From the IMG/VR virus record IMGVR_UViG_3300045932_000155, positions 1 to 56,156 of that record: DNA of 56,156 nt; one strand, 5' to 3'. Shown piece after piece: positions 28,595 through 37,707 of this stretch (position 1 is its first letter; every line of letters starts with the position of its first letter). The translations under genes were made by a program, and so were the position numbers. A model generated the notes under the pieces. The model was not told the origin of the DNA. It searched no databases and worked only from the letters and a program-made list of their open reading frames with translations. The stretch comes from a virus. Lineage: Duplodnaviria > Caudoviricetes.

Positions 28595-28637
28595 ACTTGA
28601 CCCTCCTGCCGGGCTGCGCCCGGACGCACTGGTCATG

Positions 28638-28653
28638 TGCAAACGCCGTGCCA
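28638..28653 (-). promoter_or_regulatory. sigma54-type promoter for the helicase unit
   Basis: TGGCACG-GCGT-TTGCA, intergenic, ~45 nt before the ATG. Confidence 0.8.
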
Positions 28654-28726
28654 CCCCACTTTGGGCCCGTTTATGCCCATTCCGGGCACGGGACCGGCCG
28701 TCGAGGTTACAGACGTGGTATGCCGA

Positions 28727-28915
28727 TTACGTTCGTCCGAGGTTCAGCCGGGCGGCCACCAGCCGGTCCCGGCCCGCGTCCCCCGTAGGCCGCAACCCGG
28801 CCCAACGGCCGCCGTCGAGGCCCGACAGGTGGCGCTGGATCTCCGCCCGGTCCTTCGGGTCCACCCGGTCGAGGGCCCGCTTCGCTGCGTCGAGGAAGAA
28901 CTCCCGGCGGTTCAT
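28727..28915 (-). CDS. Hypothetical protein
   Basis: SD GGAGG; coupled to a small upstream ORF (28912-29055). Confidence 0.45.
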   Translation of the reverse strand: MNRREFFLDAAKRALDRVDPKDRAEIQRHLSGLDGGRWAGLRPTGDAGRDRLVAARLNLGRT

Positions 28916-29302
28916 GACGCCCTCCGCACCATCGTCACGACGTCCCCGGCCTTCGGCGCGGGCGCGTCAGTCTTGATGCGCCAACCCCGGGCGTAGAAGA
29001 AGTCGTAGTCGACGCTCCCGTAGACTGCGAATCGGCAATCCTTCAGTGGTGTCATCGCTCCTCCGTTCTTGAATGGAACCGAGGAAGTCCCGGCCTTCGG
29101 CCGCAGCCTCCAGCACGTCCCCGGCTTCCGCCATTCGTCGGTTCAATCGACCAAGGTCCATGACCCCCTCCTTCACCGGGGATCATACAACGGGACCCCG
29201 GACCCGTTACAAGAGAATCGACATCAGAATGGTCCCGAGGAAGTAAGCCGCGCCAACCACCCCGAGCCACTTGTCGCCATCGCGCTTCACGCCAGTGTGT
29301 GA

Positions 29303-29318
29303 TGCACGACCCGTGCCA
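29303..29318 (-). promoter_or_regulatory. sigma54-type promoter (leftward member of a divergent pair)
   Basis: TGGCACG-GGTC-GTGCA. Confidence 0.6.
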
Positions 29319-29448
29319 ACCGGAATCGGCCCGGAAACGCGGGCTGGACCCGAGGGCGTCCCCGGGAGGGGACGACAGAATTGTCAGAGTGACCACGAAC
29401 GTTGTCATCGCCCTCGGGGCCGTGCCCCGGATTCAGGCGCGTGCTCGA

Positions 29449-29464
29449 CGGCACGGGACTTGCA
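29449..29464 (+). promoter_or_regulatory. sigma54-type promoter (rightward member, ahead of the replication block)
   Basis: CGGCACG-GGAC-TTGCA followed by GGAGG and ATG 29489. Confidence 0.7.
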
Positions 29465-29488
29465 TCACACATGACGGAGGTGAACCCT

Positions 29489-29659
29489 ATGGCAGCAGCC
29501 TCACGTCAGGTTCGTCTGGACGACGGATTCCTCTACGAGATCCGCCGGGGGATCGTCTACGGGCAGTGGCGGCGCGATTCCCGGGAGATGAGCCCCGTGG
29601 TCGATCCGGCGGTCATCAAGGAAGTGCGGGCAGCCCTCGAAGCAGCGAGGCGGAGTTGA
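29489..29659 (+). CDS. Small hypothetical protein
   Basis: SD GGAGGTG; first gene after the promoter. Confidence 0.6.
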   Translation: MAAASRQVRLDDGFLYEIRRGIVYGQWRRDSREMSPVVDPAVIKEVRAALEAARRS

Positions 29660-30768
29660 GACGAACCGGGCAGCAGCGTGAAACGTCGGCCATCATGCCG
29701 GACCTCCCGCGCCCGTTCCGCATCGGCGGCCGGGCCGAGGCCACGTTGATCGGTGAATACACGCGGGTCGTCTCGGAGGCCCGGCGCGAAGGTTGGCTCA
29801 AGCCGCTCGTCGCGGCGCACGGCACTCCTTGCACTCAGGAGGAGGCCATCGTTATGATGACGGACGCGCTGGAGATGGGGATCTGGCCGCCACGGCCGTT
29901 GGCCCCGCGATACGGGCCGGTCAAGATCGTGTTTCGGCGCGGGGTGCGTGGCCGGGCGGGAGCCCGGCGGATCGTGCTGCCAAGCACGCCCGGCGGCAGG
30001 ATCGGCTGCCTGCGGGTCGGGTTGGCGCTCCACGAGGTGGCGCATACGATTGCCGACCGGGCGCACGGTCGGCGCTGCAAGCACGGCCCGGAGTTCAGGA
30101 CCACGCTCCGGAAGCTGGTCGAGCACTGGTGGTCAGGAAGGAAACGTATGGACCTGCGAGAAGTCTACGACCGGCACCCCGGGCCCTACAGCCTCGTGAT
30201 CACCAAGGAGGGCGGCAAGTCCGAGGTGATCGGTCCGTTCCCCACGGCCGACTCAACGCACGAAGCTGCGAAGCGCGTCTACGCGGAGAAGCGCGTGCTG
30301 ATGATCTGCGTGTTCAGCGACCACCTCCGCTACTTCATCGGAGTCAACTATGACGAGGACAACATCGGAAGGCTGGAACTGGCTCCTGAACGCGAACAAA
30401 GAACACTACTTTCGGAACGGCAAGAGCCTGTGCAGCCGGTGGGGCCTGTTCGCGCAGCCGAAGAGCCTGCCGAGCGAACCCATGTGGAAGCCCCCGTGCG
30501 TGACGTGCCAGCGGCGGCGGAACGCCGAGTTAGCAGCCGCAAGCCCGGAGCCCTCCTCGAACTCGACCCCGGCAACGCCGAGCAGTGGCCCCGCTCTGCA
30601 GCGGCGCAACTGATCCGCAGCACCCTCGAAGCCCACGGCGCGATGAGCGCGTCGGCCTTGGCCGACGCCACCCGCCAGCAGATGATCGAACTGAAGGTCG
30701 CCCACCCGGCATCCCTCGTCTCCCGACTGAAGCAGGCCGGGCTGCTTCGGATCAAGGAGGAAGTATGA
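29656..30768 (+). CDS. SprT-like zinc metallopeptidase domain protein with a C-terminal wHTH-like region (start at 29656 or 29695)
   Basis: LALHEVAH...HGPEF; C-terminal MSASALAD...SLVSRLKQAGLL. Confidence 0.7.
   Translation: MRRTGQQRETSAIMPDLPRPFRIGGRAEATLIGEYTRVVSEARREGWLKPLVAAHGTPCTQEEAIVMMTDALEMGIWPPRPLAPRYGPVKIVFRRGVRGRAGARRIVLPSTPGGRIGCLRVGLALHEVAHTIADRAHGRRCKHGPEFRTTLRKLVEHWWSGRKRMDLREVYDRHPGPYSLVITKEGGKSEVIGPFPTADSTHEAAKRVYAEKRVLMICVFSDHLRYFIGVNYDEDNIGRLELAPEREQRTLLSERQEPVQPVGPVRAAEEPAERTHVEAPVRDVPAAAERRVSSRKPGALLELDPGNAEQWPRSAAAQLIRSTLEAHGAMSASALADATRQQMIELKVAHPASLVSRLKQAGLLRIKEEV
30350..30613 (+). CDS. Small putative zinc-finger protein nested out of frame in the SprT-like gene
   Basis: SD GGAG; EGWNWL.N..K.HYF..GKSLC..W...C..C pattern. 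Confidence 0.55.
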   Translation: MTRTTSEGWNWLLNANKEHYFRNGKSLCSRWGLFAQPKSLPSEPMWKPPCVTCQRRRNAELAAASPEPSSNSTPATPSSGPALQRRN

Positions 30769-31220
30769 GCAACCGACGACGTCGCAAGCGCATGGCAGCC
30801 GGGGCAGCGGCTGCGGGGAAAGCCCCCGAACCGTCCTGCCACCTGACCACCGGCCGTGGAGCGCAGCCCTACGACGAGGAAACGCTGGCGATCCTCGCCC
30901 GGCTCGTGCCGGGAGCCGAGTTCGTCCATCCTCTCGGCATCCCTGACGAAACGGACAAGGATCGGCTGTCCCGCGCCCGGGGCATGGCCGGACATCACAA
31001 GCGCCCGTTCGCTGCCGTGCTGCGGCTCGACACGATGGGCACGCTCTACTTCAAACAACTCGCCCTCGGTCACGCGTCCCGAGTCCTCGTCATGCACTCG
31101 AAGGTGCGCCACGTCGGAGCCGACGCGGTCTGCCCCTTCCCGACGATGATCGTCGTGTTCAACGGGACCAATCGGGGCGACCGGATTCCCACGGCTCCGG
31201 TGGAGTGGGAGGCCTCATGA
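30765..31220 (+). CDS. Degenerate phage Dam-like (N6-adenine methyltransferase) protein
   Basis: C-terminal LRLDT...YF...ASRVLV...KVRH.G...CPFPTMIVVF resembles the phage Dam C-terminus; no NPPY motif. Confidence 0.5.
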   Translation: MSNRRRRKRMAAGAAAAGKAPEPSCHLTTGRGAQPYDEETLAILARLVPGAEFVHPLGIPDETDKDRLSRARGMAGHHKRPFAAVLRLDTMGTLYFKQLALGHASRVLVMHSKVRHVGADAVCPFPTMIVVFNGTNRGDRIPTAPVEWEAS

Positions 31221-31480
31221 GCGGAGGGCCTTCTCTCATCGGCAGGCCGGAAGCCATCATCGGACAGCCAACCGTAGGCGAGTGGTTCGTGGCGACCAAC
31301 GTCACGTGCCCTTCGCCCTGCGGGCGGACGCACCTGCTCCACGGCAAGCCCGGCGCGGGCGTCGGGTGCCTCGGCTGCGGGAACACCTATCAACTGACCG
31401 GCCTGCCGGTCGTTGATCCCACCACGGGTCAAGTCCAGATCCCCCTTGCCTTGGGCCGCCTGCCCGGGAGGACAACATGA
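31217..31480 (+). CDS. Small zinc-ribbon-like protein
   Basis: CPSPC...CLGC; coupled start. Confidence 0.5.
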   Translation: MSGGPSLIGRPEAIIGQPTVGEWFVATNVTCPSPCGRTHLLHGKPGAGVGCLGCGNTYQLTGLPVVDPTTGQVQIPLALGRLPGRTT

Positions 31481-31671
31481 AATTCCTGTTCTTCACCGTG
31501 ATCCCGCGCCTCGTCGTGGCGCTGATCATGTTCATCATCGTGTTCGTGCCCTTCCTCGTTGGTCTGCTCATGACGGCCATCGTCGGCGGGTATCAACTCG
31601 GCTACCGCACGTGGAACCGGCTGGCGGACTGGATCTCCAACGTCCAGCCACGGAGGGGAGGCTACCGATGA
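31477..31671 (+). CDS. Small membrane protein
   Basis: SD GGAGG; long hydrophobic stretch. Confidence 0.6.
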   Translation: MKFLFFTVIPRLVVALIMFIIVFVPFLVGLLMTAIVGGYQLGYRTWNRLADWISNVQPRRGGYR

Positions 31672-32237
31672 AGCGACTCGTCATCGTCGAGGGACCTGAC
31701 GGAGGGGGCAAATCCACGGTCATCGACGGCCTCGGGCTGGCCCCGAGGAAGTTCCGGGCGCTGAGGGCGGGCGTCGGGGCCACGGCTGCCGATGGGACCT
31801 GCAGCGATCAGGCCACGGAGGGGTGGGCGGGCAACCGACCGGCGGTTCGCGCCTACCTCGATCAGGTGGCAGCCCACCTCTCGGAACCCATCGCCTTCGA
31901 CCGCTTCCACCTCTCGGAGATCGTCTACGGGCCCATGCTCCGAGCGGCAGCCGGTGTGGACGCCCTCGAAACGCTGGCGATCAACCAGACGTTGGAGGAA
32001 CTCAGGGTGCCGGTCATCATCTGCCTGCCGCCCTACGAGGTGACCCTCCAGAACGTCCAGCAGCCCGGCCGGGAGCGGCCAGCCTTCCAAACGGAGGCGT
32101 TCCTGTTGGAGGCCCATCACCGTTGGACCCTCGTGAGGGACGCACTTTCTCGCTACCAGAATGTGGTCATCTTCGACTACACTCAGATGACGCGGGACAG
32201 CCTGAACCTGAACGTCGAAGCTGCCCGGATGATCTAA
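31668..32237 (+). CDS. Thymidylate/dNMP kinase-like P-loop protein
   Basis: IVEGPDGGGKST, FDRFHLSEIVYG. Confidence 0.8.
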   Translation: MKRLVIVEGPDGGGKSTVIDGLGLAPRKFRALRAGVGATAADGTCSDQATEGWAGNRPAVRAYLDQVAAHLSEPIAFDRFHLSEIVYGPMLRAAAGVDALETLAINQTLEELRVPVIICLPPYEVTLQNVQQPGRERPAFQTEAFLLEAHHRWTLVRDALSRYQNVVIFDYTQMTRDSLNLNVEAARMI

Positions 32238-32244
32238 GGAGCGC

Positions 32245-34233
32245 ATGGCACGCACGAAGGACCCCGGGCAGGGCAACTTTCTCGATGGCCTCTATAGGGA
32301 CCAGATGCACGAATCCGTCTCCGAGTGGCGTCTCCCGGAACTCCCCAGTCTGCACGGGGTCTCCGAGGTGTTCATGGACTTCGAATCCACCGGCGTTCGT
32401 TGGTGGGATGGCGACGTGCTCATCGGCGGAGCCATCCTCACCGACGACGGCCGGTCGTGGTATTTCCCCGTGCGCCATCGGGTCGGCCCCAACATTGATC
32501 CGGCGACGTTCTTCCGGTGGTGCAAGGGCGAGTTGGCCGGGAAGAAGATCACCAACATCCGGACGAAGTTCGACCTGCATCTGGCCCGGCGGGACGGGGT
32601 CAACTTCGACGACTTGGGCTGCACGTTCGGGGACGTCGCGCACTACGCGGCGCTGCTCGACGATCACCGGCAGCGATTCAATCAGGAAGTCCTCGCCCGC
32701 GACATCCTGAAGGACCCGGCCGGGAAGATGACCACGGTAAACGGGTTCGTGCTGGACCCCACCAAGTTCGCGGACTACCCTGCCGGGCTGATCGCGCACC
32801 GGGCCATCCATGACGTCACGACCGTCGCCCGGCTCAAAGCCGCCATGTGGCCCCAACTGACGGCGGAGGACCTGCACCGGGTGCGGGAACTCGAAGAGCA
32901 GATCATCCCGGCCGTCGTCGAGATGGAGCACAACGGCGCTCCGATCAATCAAGAGAAGCTGCACCTCTGGTGCGAGGAATCTCAGCGGGATCTCGAAGCG
33001 GTCATGTGGCGCATCCAGAAGGCGGGCCACAAGCTGGCGACCCCGGACTCCCGGGACGACATCATGCGGATGTTCAAGAACCTCAAGATCGAGGTGCCCC
33101 TCGACCCGGAAACGGGCCAGCCGAGTTTCGCGGACTCGCTGCTGGAGAAGATCGAACATCCGACCGTGCAGGACCTGCGGGAGGCCAAGCAACTCGCCAG
33201 CCTGCGGTCGAAGTTCCTGCTCAAGTATCAGAGCAGCACCTCCCGCGACGGCATCCTGCGCTACGAACTGCACCAGTTGCCCTTCCAGCGGGAGGACGAA
33301 GACGGCGGCGGGGGCGCGGTCAGCGGCCGGTTCTCCTCGGCGGCTCCCAACCCGCAGGAGGGCGCGAACGTCCAGCAGGTCTTCGGTGTGAAGCGCCAGA
33401 AGAAGTCCTTCACGAAGAAATACATCATCCGGGAACTCTTCGTGCCGCAGGAAGGCCTGTGGGGATCGGCGGACGCCAGCCAGATCGAATATCGCATCTT
33501 CGGTGACAAGTCCCGGGACAAGAAGATCATCGAGGCGTATCGCACGGACGCCAAGACGGACTACCACGAACTCGTGCAGCGACTCATCAACGAGTTCACC
33601 GGCAAGGACCTGATCCGCGAGGATACAAAGGCCGTCAACTTCGCGCAGGTCTACGGCGCGGGCATTCGCAAGCTGGCCTCCCAGTTGAAGGTGCCCGCCA
33701 ATCAGATCCCGGCGATGGACGAACCGCTCGACGCGGGCGGCCCGAAGTTCCAAGAGGTGGTCAAGCTCTCGGAGACCTATCACGGCATGTTCCCCACGGT
33801 GAAACCCACGCTGCAGTTGGCCAGCCATCTGGCGATGCCCGGGCACAAGGAGGGCGACAGAGGCTGCGGTCGGGCGTGCCGAGACTTCTACCGCCGGGGC
33901 CTGCGCCACAGGGGCTACGTCAAGACGGTCCTCGGCCGCCGGGCCCGGTTCGGGCCTCACGACCGGCATTACTCGGCCCTCAACCGCTCGATTCAGGGGT
34001 CGGCTGCCGACATCAACAAGCTCGTGCTCGTGGCGCTCCATCGGAACCGGCATCAGTTGGAGATCACCCCGCGCTTCACCGTCCACGACGAGTTCAACGG
34101 CGACTTCAGGAACCCGAGCAAGATGCCGCAGATCATCGAGTGCTTCAATACGCAGTATCACCCGCTCCGCGTTCCGATCATTTGGGATGTGCGGTCGGGA
34201 GCCAACTGGGCGGAGGCAAAGTCCGGTGGCTAA
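32245..34233 (+). CDS. polA: DNA polymerase, family A, with 3'-5' exonuclease domain
   Basis: DFESTG, KFDL, SGRFSS, NVQQ, ADASQIEYR (motif A), KAVNFAQVYG (motif B), NRSIQGSAAD, TVHDE (motif C). Confidence 0.95.
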   Translation: MARTKDPGQGNFLDGLYRDQMHESVSEWRLPELPSLHGVSEVFMDFESTGVRWWDGDVLIGGAILTDDGRSWYFPVRHRVGPNIDPATFFRWCKGELAGKKITNIRTKFDLHLARRDGVNFDDLGCTFGDVAHYAALLDDHRQRFNQEVLARDILKDPAGKMTTVNGFVLDPTKFADYPAGLIAHRAIHDVTTVARLKAAMWPQLTAEDLHRVRELEEQIIPAVVEMEHNGAPINQEKLHLWCEESQRDLEAVMWRIQKAGHKLATPDSRDDIMRMFKNLKIEVPLDPETGQPSFADSLLEKIEHPTVQDLREAKQLASLRSKFLLKYQSSTSRDGILRYELHQLPFQREDEDGGGGAVSGRFSSAAPNPQEGANVQQVFGVKRQKKSFTKKYIIRELFVPQEGLWGSADASQIEYRIFGDKSRDKKIIEAYRTDAKTDYHELVQRLINEFTGKDLIREDTKAVNFAQVYGAGIRKLASQLKVPANQIPAMDEPLDAGGPKFQEVVKLSETYHGMFPTVKPTLQLASHLAMPGHKEGDRGCGRACRDFYRRGLRHRGYVKTVLGRRARFGPHDRHYSALNRSIQGSAADINKLVLVALHRNRHQLEITPRFTVHDEFNGDFRNPSKMPQIIECFNTQYHPLRVPIIWDVRSGANWAEAKSGG

Positions 34234-34426
34234 ACTCCCTGACATCATGCCTCCCAACGGTCACATTTGGGCCTGCGTTCGCACGCTCGATTGCTACGAG
34301 CGGTGCGCGGTCTGCCTGCGTCTGGAAGGCCGCCGGGCTAACGATCCTTGGCAGGAGGGCGATGAGCGCTTCGTGCCCGAGGGGCTGAAGGGCCGGAACC
34401 CGGGCTGGCAGGGGAGGCCGCAGTGA
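34226..34426 (+). CDS. Small Cys/His-containing hypothetical protein
   Basis: Fills the gap after polA; HIWAC...CAVC. Confidence 0.45.
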   Translation: MAKLPDIMPPNGHIWACVRTLDCYERCAVCLRLEGRRANDPWQEGDERFVPEGLKGRNPGWQGRPQ

Positions 34427-34842
34427 GCGAACGAGACCGCACCGTCAGCCTCATGAAAGCATGCCGGGCGAAGATGCCGGGCTCTGTCCGGATCAAGCAC
34501 GCCGACAAGGCCACGACCGGCATCCCCGACTTCTCCATCACATGGATGGGCCGCACTGCGTGGATCGAGAGTAAAAAGCTCAATGCCCGCAGCGAAAAAT
34601 CCAAGAGACAGGTGCTGATGTGCCACCAACTTTCTGTGGCCAGCAACGGCCTCTGCTGGATCATCAAGATGGATCAGAACTGGCTAGAAGTCTGGACCCC
34701 TCGGGACATCGCTAGTCAACTGTGGCCCCGCATCTTTCCGTCCCGAGGTGAGCCCAAGCCTCGTGTGATCTTTTCGACCTACGAGGAACTCGCAGAGTTC
34801 ATCAAGGTGCAGATTGTCATGGACCATGAGGAGGCAGATTGA
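34423..34842 (+). CDS. VRR-NUC / PD-(D/E)xK nuclease
   Basis: GIPD...WIESK...Q motif; next to polA and SNF2. Confidence 0.75.
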   Translation: MSERDRTVSLMKACRAKMPGSVRIKHADKATTGIPDFSITWMGRTAWIESKKLNARSEKSKRQVLMCHQLSVASNGLCWIIKMDQNWLEVWTPRDIASQLWPRIFPSRGEPKPRVIFSTYEELAEFIKVQIVMDHEEAD

Positions 34843-35822
34843 CGAAGCCCTGCGGTGTTCCCACGTGTGTCGCAATGGCCCCGGAGGGCGAGATCTACTG
34901 CCCGGCCCATCCGAACGGCCAAGAGGCCGTCGCAGGTCCCGAGGAGAGGACGCCCTCGGCTCCTCCCACGGAGCCGGGGCTGTTCGACGAGCAGGCTCCG
35001 CTCCCGGCGTCGATCATGGACCTGCTGGCCATCACCCGGCCGCTCCTGCTGTTCGACACCGAGACGACGGGCCCCAACCCGGCACAGGACCGCATCTGCG
35101 AACTCGGGTTCATTCTCATCAAGCCGGACGGCACGGTGAAGGAATGGCAGGGATACATCAACCCGACCGTCCCCATTCCGCACGAGGCCAGCCACGGCAA
35201 TGGGAAGGACTACCCGGGCCACGGCATCACCGATGAGATGGTCAAGGACGCGCCGACGTTCGCCCGGCTGGCGGAGAACCTGCACGGCGGGTTCACCGGC
35301 TGTGACTTCGGCGGATTCAATCTCAAGCACTATGACCTGCCGCTCATGCAGGCGGAGTTCGAACGCACGGGCATGAAGTGGTCCTACGACGACGCCCGCA
35401 TCCTCGACGGCTACCGGCTGTGGCAGGTCGGGCAGGCCCGCACGCTGTCGGACGCCAGCGAATACTTCCTCGGGCGGAAGGCCGAGGGGGCGCACCGGGC
35501 GCTCTACGACGTGCAGGTCTCCCGCGACGTGATCATGGCGCAGATTCTCCGGTTCAATCTGCCCCGCAGCGTCCAGTCCCTGCACGACCTGCAGTGGCCC
35601 CGTGACCCGAACGCCGTGGACCGGGACGGCAAGATCCTCTGGAACAAGGACGGCGAGGCCGTGATCAACTTCGGCAAGAAGTGGAAGGGCACGCTGCTCC
35701 GGATGATGAAGCAGCGGGACCTCAACTGGATCGCCACCGAGGCGACCGGCATCAACATGGAGGCCCGGCGCATCTGCGCGGAAGCCGCCAAGGGGAACTT
35801 CCCACGGAGGGCGCAGCAGTGA
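34839..35822 (+). CDS. DnaQ-like DEDDh 3'-5' exonuclease
   Basis: FDTETTG, HGITD, GFN...YD, AHRALYD; C-terminal INFGK.WKG. Confidence 0.9.
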   Translation: MTKPCGVPTCVAMAPEGEIYCPAHPNGQEAVAGPEERTPSAPPTEPGLFDEQAPLPASIMDLLAITRPLLLFDTETTGPNPAQDRICELGFILIKPDGTVKEWQGYINPTVPIPHEASHGNGKDYPGHGITDEMVKDAPTFARLAENLHGGFTGCDFGGFNLKHYDLPLMQAEFERTGMKWSYDDARILDGYRLWQVGQARTLSDASEYFLGRKAEGAHRALYDVQVSRDVIMAQILRFNLPRSVQSLHDLQWPRDPNAVDRDGKILWNKDGEAVINFGKKWKGTLLRMMKQRDLNWIATEATGINMEARRICAEAAKGNFPRRAQQ

Positions 35823-37372
35823 CCATCGACTGGAGCCTCGCCAAGACCAAGCCGCGTCAGCACCAGATCGCGGGGACGCAGGCGCTGATCGATAACCTCT
35901 TCTTCGCCCTGTTCGATCAGGTCGGTGCGGGCAAGACCAAGCAGGTCATCGACGCTGCTCAGGCCCTCTTCATGGAGGGAGTGATCGATACCGTCGTGGT
36001 GGTCGCCCCGGCGTTCGCCCGCGTCGTGTGGGCCAACCCCGACCCGATGATCGGGGAGATCGCCAAGCACGGGTGGGACCGCGTGCAGAACGACGTCGTC
36101 GAATACTCGACGCACCGGCCGAAAGACATCCACCGGAAGCGCAGCGACGGACTGACGTGGATCGTCACGAACTACGAGTTCGTGCGCCGCGACGACCGGC
36201 TGGCCGACCTGCAGAGAGTCCTCAAGGGCCGCCGGGTCTGGTTGGTGTGCGACGAGGGGTGGGCGCTCAAGGACCACAGCACGAAGCAGTGGAAGGCGTG
36301 CAACGCCATCCGCGTGCAGTCGGAGCGGGTCGTCATCCTCAACGGCACGCCAATTGCCGACAACCCGCTCGACCTCTACGCGCAGATGCGGTTGCTCCAC
36401 CCGAAAATCCTCTGCACGCAGTATCGGAACCTGCGGGGCAAGGTGTGCTGGACCGGCTACATGCAGTTCCGGGCGCGTTATGCCATCCTGAAGCCGAACG
36501 TCTCGTTCCCGCTCATCACCGGCTGGCAAAACCTCGAAGAACTCCGGGAGAAGATCAGGCCGTTCGTCCTGCGCCGCGAGACCCGCGACTGCTTCGACCT
36601 GCCGGAGATCCTCGACCCGGTCACCATCGAGGTGAAGCTCACCGATTCGACGTGGGCCATCTACCGCCAGATGCGGGACGACATGGTTGTCTGGCTCGAT
36701 AAGGTCGAGAAGGACGGCATGGAGCGGGCGGCGCTGGCCTCGCAGGCGCTCGTCAAGTTCATGCGCCTCTCGCAGATCACCAGCGGCTACCTCGGGGGCA
36801 TCCACAAGATGGACCCGGAGACCGGCGAGTTCATGGAGGACCCGGAGCCCGCCAAGGAGATCTCCTCGGAAAAGATCGACGGCTACATGGACTGGCTGGC
36901 GCAACCGGGCAACGCCCCCGAGCGCCTGCTCACGTGGTGCCTGTTCCGCGCCGAGGTGGAGCGCTGCGCTGCACGGCTGGAGGCAGCCGGGTGGGAGAGC
37001 CACCGGCTCTACGGAAGCCAGCCCAAGGCCGAACGGGAGGCCGCCGTGCGCGTGCTGGCCCCCGAATACCAGCCCAAGGGGCGCGTGGCCGTCACGGGCA
37101 ACGCCTCGGCCGGTGGGGCCGCCCTGAACCTCGCCGGGGCCAGCCTCGCGGCCACCCTGAGCCTCGACCCGAAGCTGCGGGTCTGGCTGCAGGCCCGAGG
37201 GCGCATCGACCGGCCGGGGCAGGTGAACAAGATCCGTTACGTGGACGTGATCGCCACGGGCCCGAAGGGGCAGAGGACCATCGACCATCACAAGCTGGCC
37301 GCTCTGCGGGCCAAGGACGACATCGCACGCTGGACTGCCGCCACGTGGCGTCACGTCCTGACGTCAGAGTGA
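35819..37372 (+). CDS. SNF2-family helicase
   Basis: DQVGAGKT, TNYE, VCDE, LNGTP, GAALNL, QARGRIDRPGQ. Confidence 0.9.
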   Translation: MTIDWSLAKTKPRQHQIAGTQALIDNLFFALFDQVGAGKTKQVIDAAQALFMEGVIDTVVVVAPAFARVVWANPDPMIGEIAKHGWDRVQNDVVEYSTHRPKDIHRKRSDGLTWIVTNYEFVRRDDRLADLQRVLKGRRVWLVCDEGWALKDHSTKQWKACNAIRVQSERVVILNGTPIADNPLDLYAQMRLLHPKILCTQYRNLRGKVCWTGYMQFRARYAILKPNVSFPLITGWQNLEELREKIRPFVLRRETRDCFDLPEILDPVTIEVKLTDSTWAIYRQMRDDMVVWLDKVEKDGMERAALASQALVKFMRLSQITSGYLGGIHKMDPETGEFMEDPEPAKEISSEKIDGYMDWLAQPGNAPERLLTWCLFRAEVERCAARLEAAGWESHRLYGSQPKAEREAAVRVLAPEYQPKGRVAVTGNASAGGAALNLAGASLAATLSLDPKLRVWLQARGRIDRPGQVNKIRYVDVIATGPKGQRTIDHHKLAALRAKDDIARWTAATWRHVLTSE

Positions 37373-37391
37373 CCAGCGTTATGGACGTTCG

Positions 37392-37452
37392 CATGTTCAC
37401 TCTGTGGTGAACATGGCCGATTCGGTGAACATCAGTTGGCACGGGAAGTGCA
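37392..37452 (+). promoter_or_regulatory. Inverted repeat operator plus sigma54-type promoter
   Basis: CATGTTCAC-N6-GTGAACATG (37392-37415), a third half-site at 37425, then TGGCACG-GGAA-GTGCA (37437-37452). Confidence 0.6.
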
Positions 37453-37464
37453 GTGGAGGCGACG

Positions 37465-37707
37465 TTGAACGATTACCGATGGCTGGCTGCGGCGGTCTTG
37501 ATTCGGGCAATGGAAGATGCCGTCAGCCATACGGTCGAACGGCACCCCGGCTCGATGGCCTCGTGGGAAGACACCGAGGACGCCCGGCGGTTTTTGACGG
37601 AGCCGAGTGAAGATCTGGAATTCTGGTGCGCCCTCGCGGGCGTGACGATGGACGGGGTGATCCGGTATGGCCGGGCCCTCGCGAGAGGAGGATGGAGTGG
37701 CAGGTAA
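37465..37707 (+). CDS. Small helical hypothetical protein
   Basis: LAAAVL..A.ED...ARRFL......FWC.LAG; TTG start after GGAGG. Confidence 0.6.
   Translation: MNDYRWLAAAVLIRAMEDAVSHTVERHPGSMASWEDTEDARRFLTEPSEDLEFWCALAGVTMDGVIRYGRALARGGWSGR

Noticed and set aside
36250-36262. DEGW instead of DExH in the SNF2 helicase as a sign of inactivation
   Set aside because: The catalytic DE and all other helicase motifs are intact
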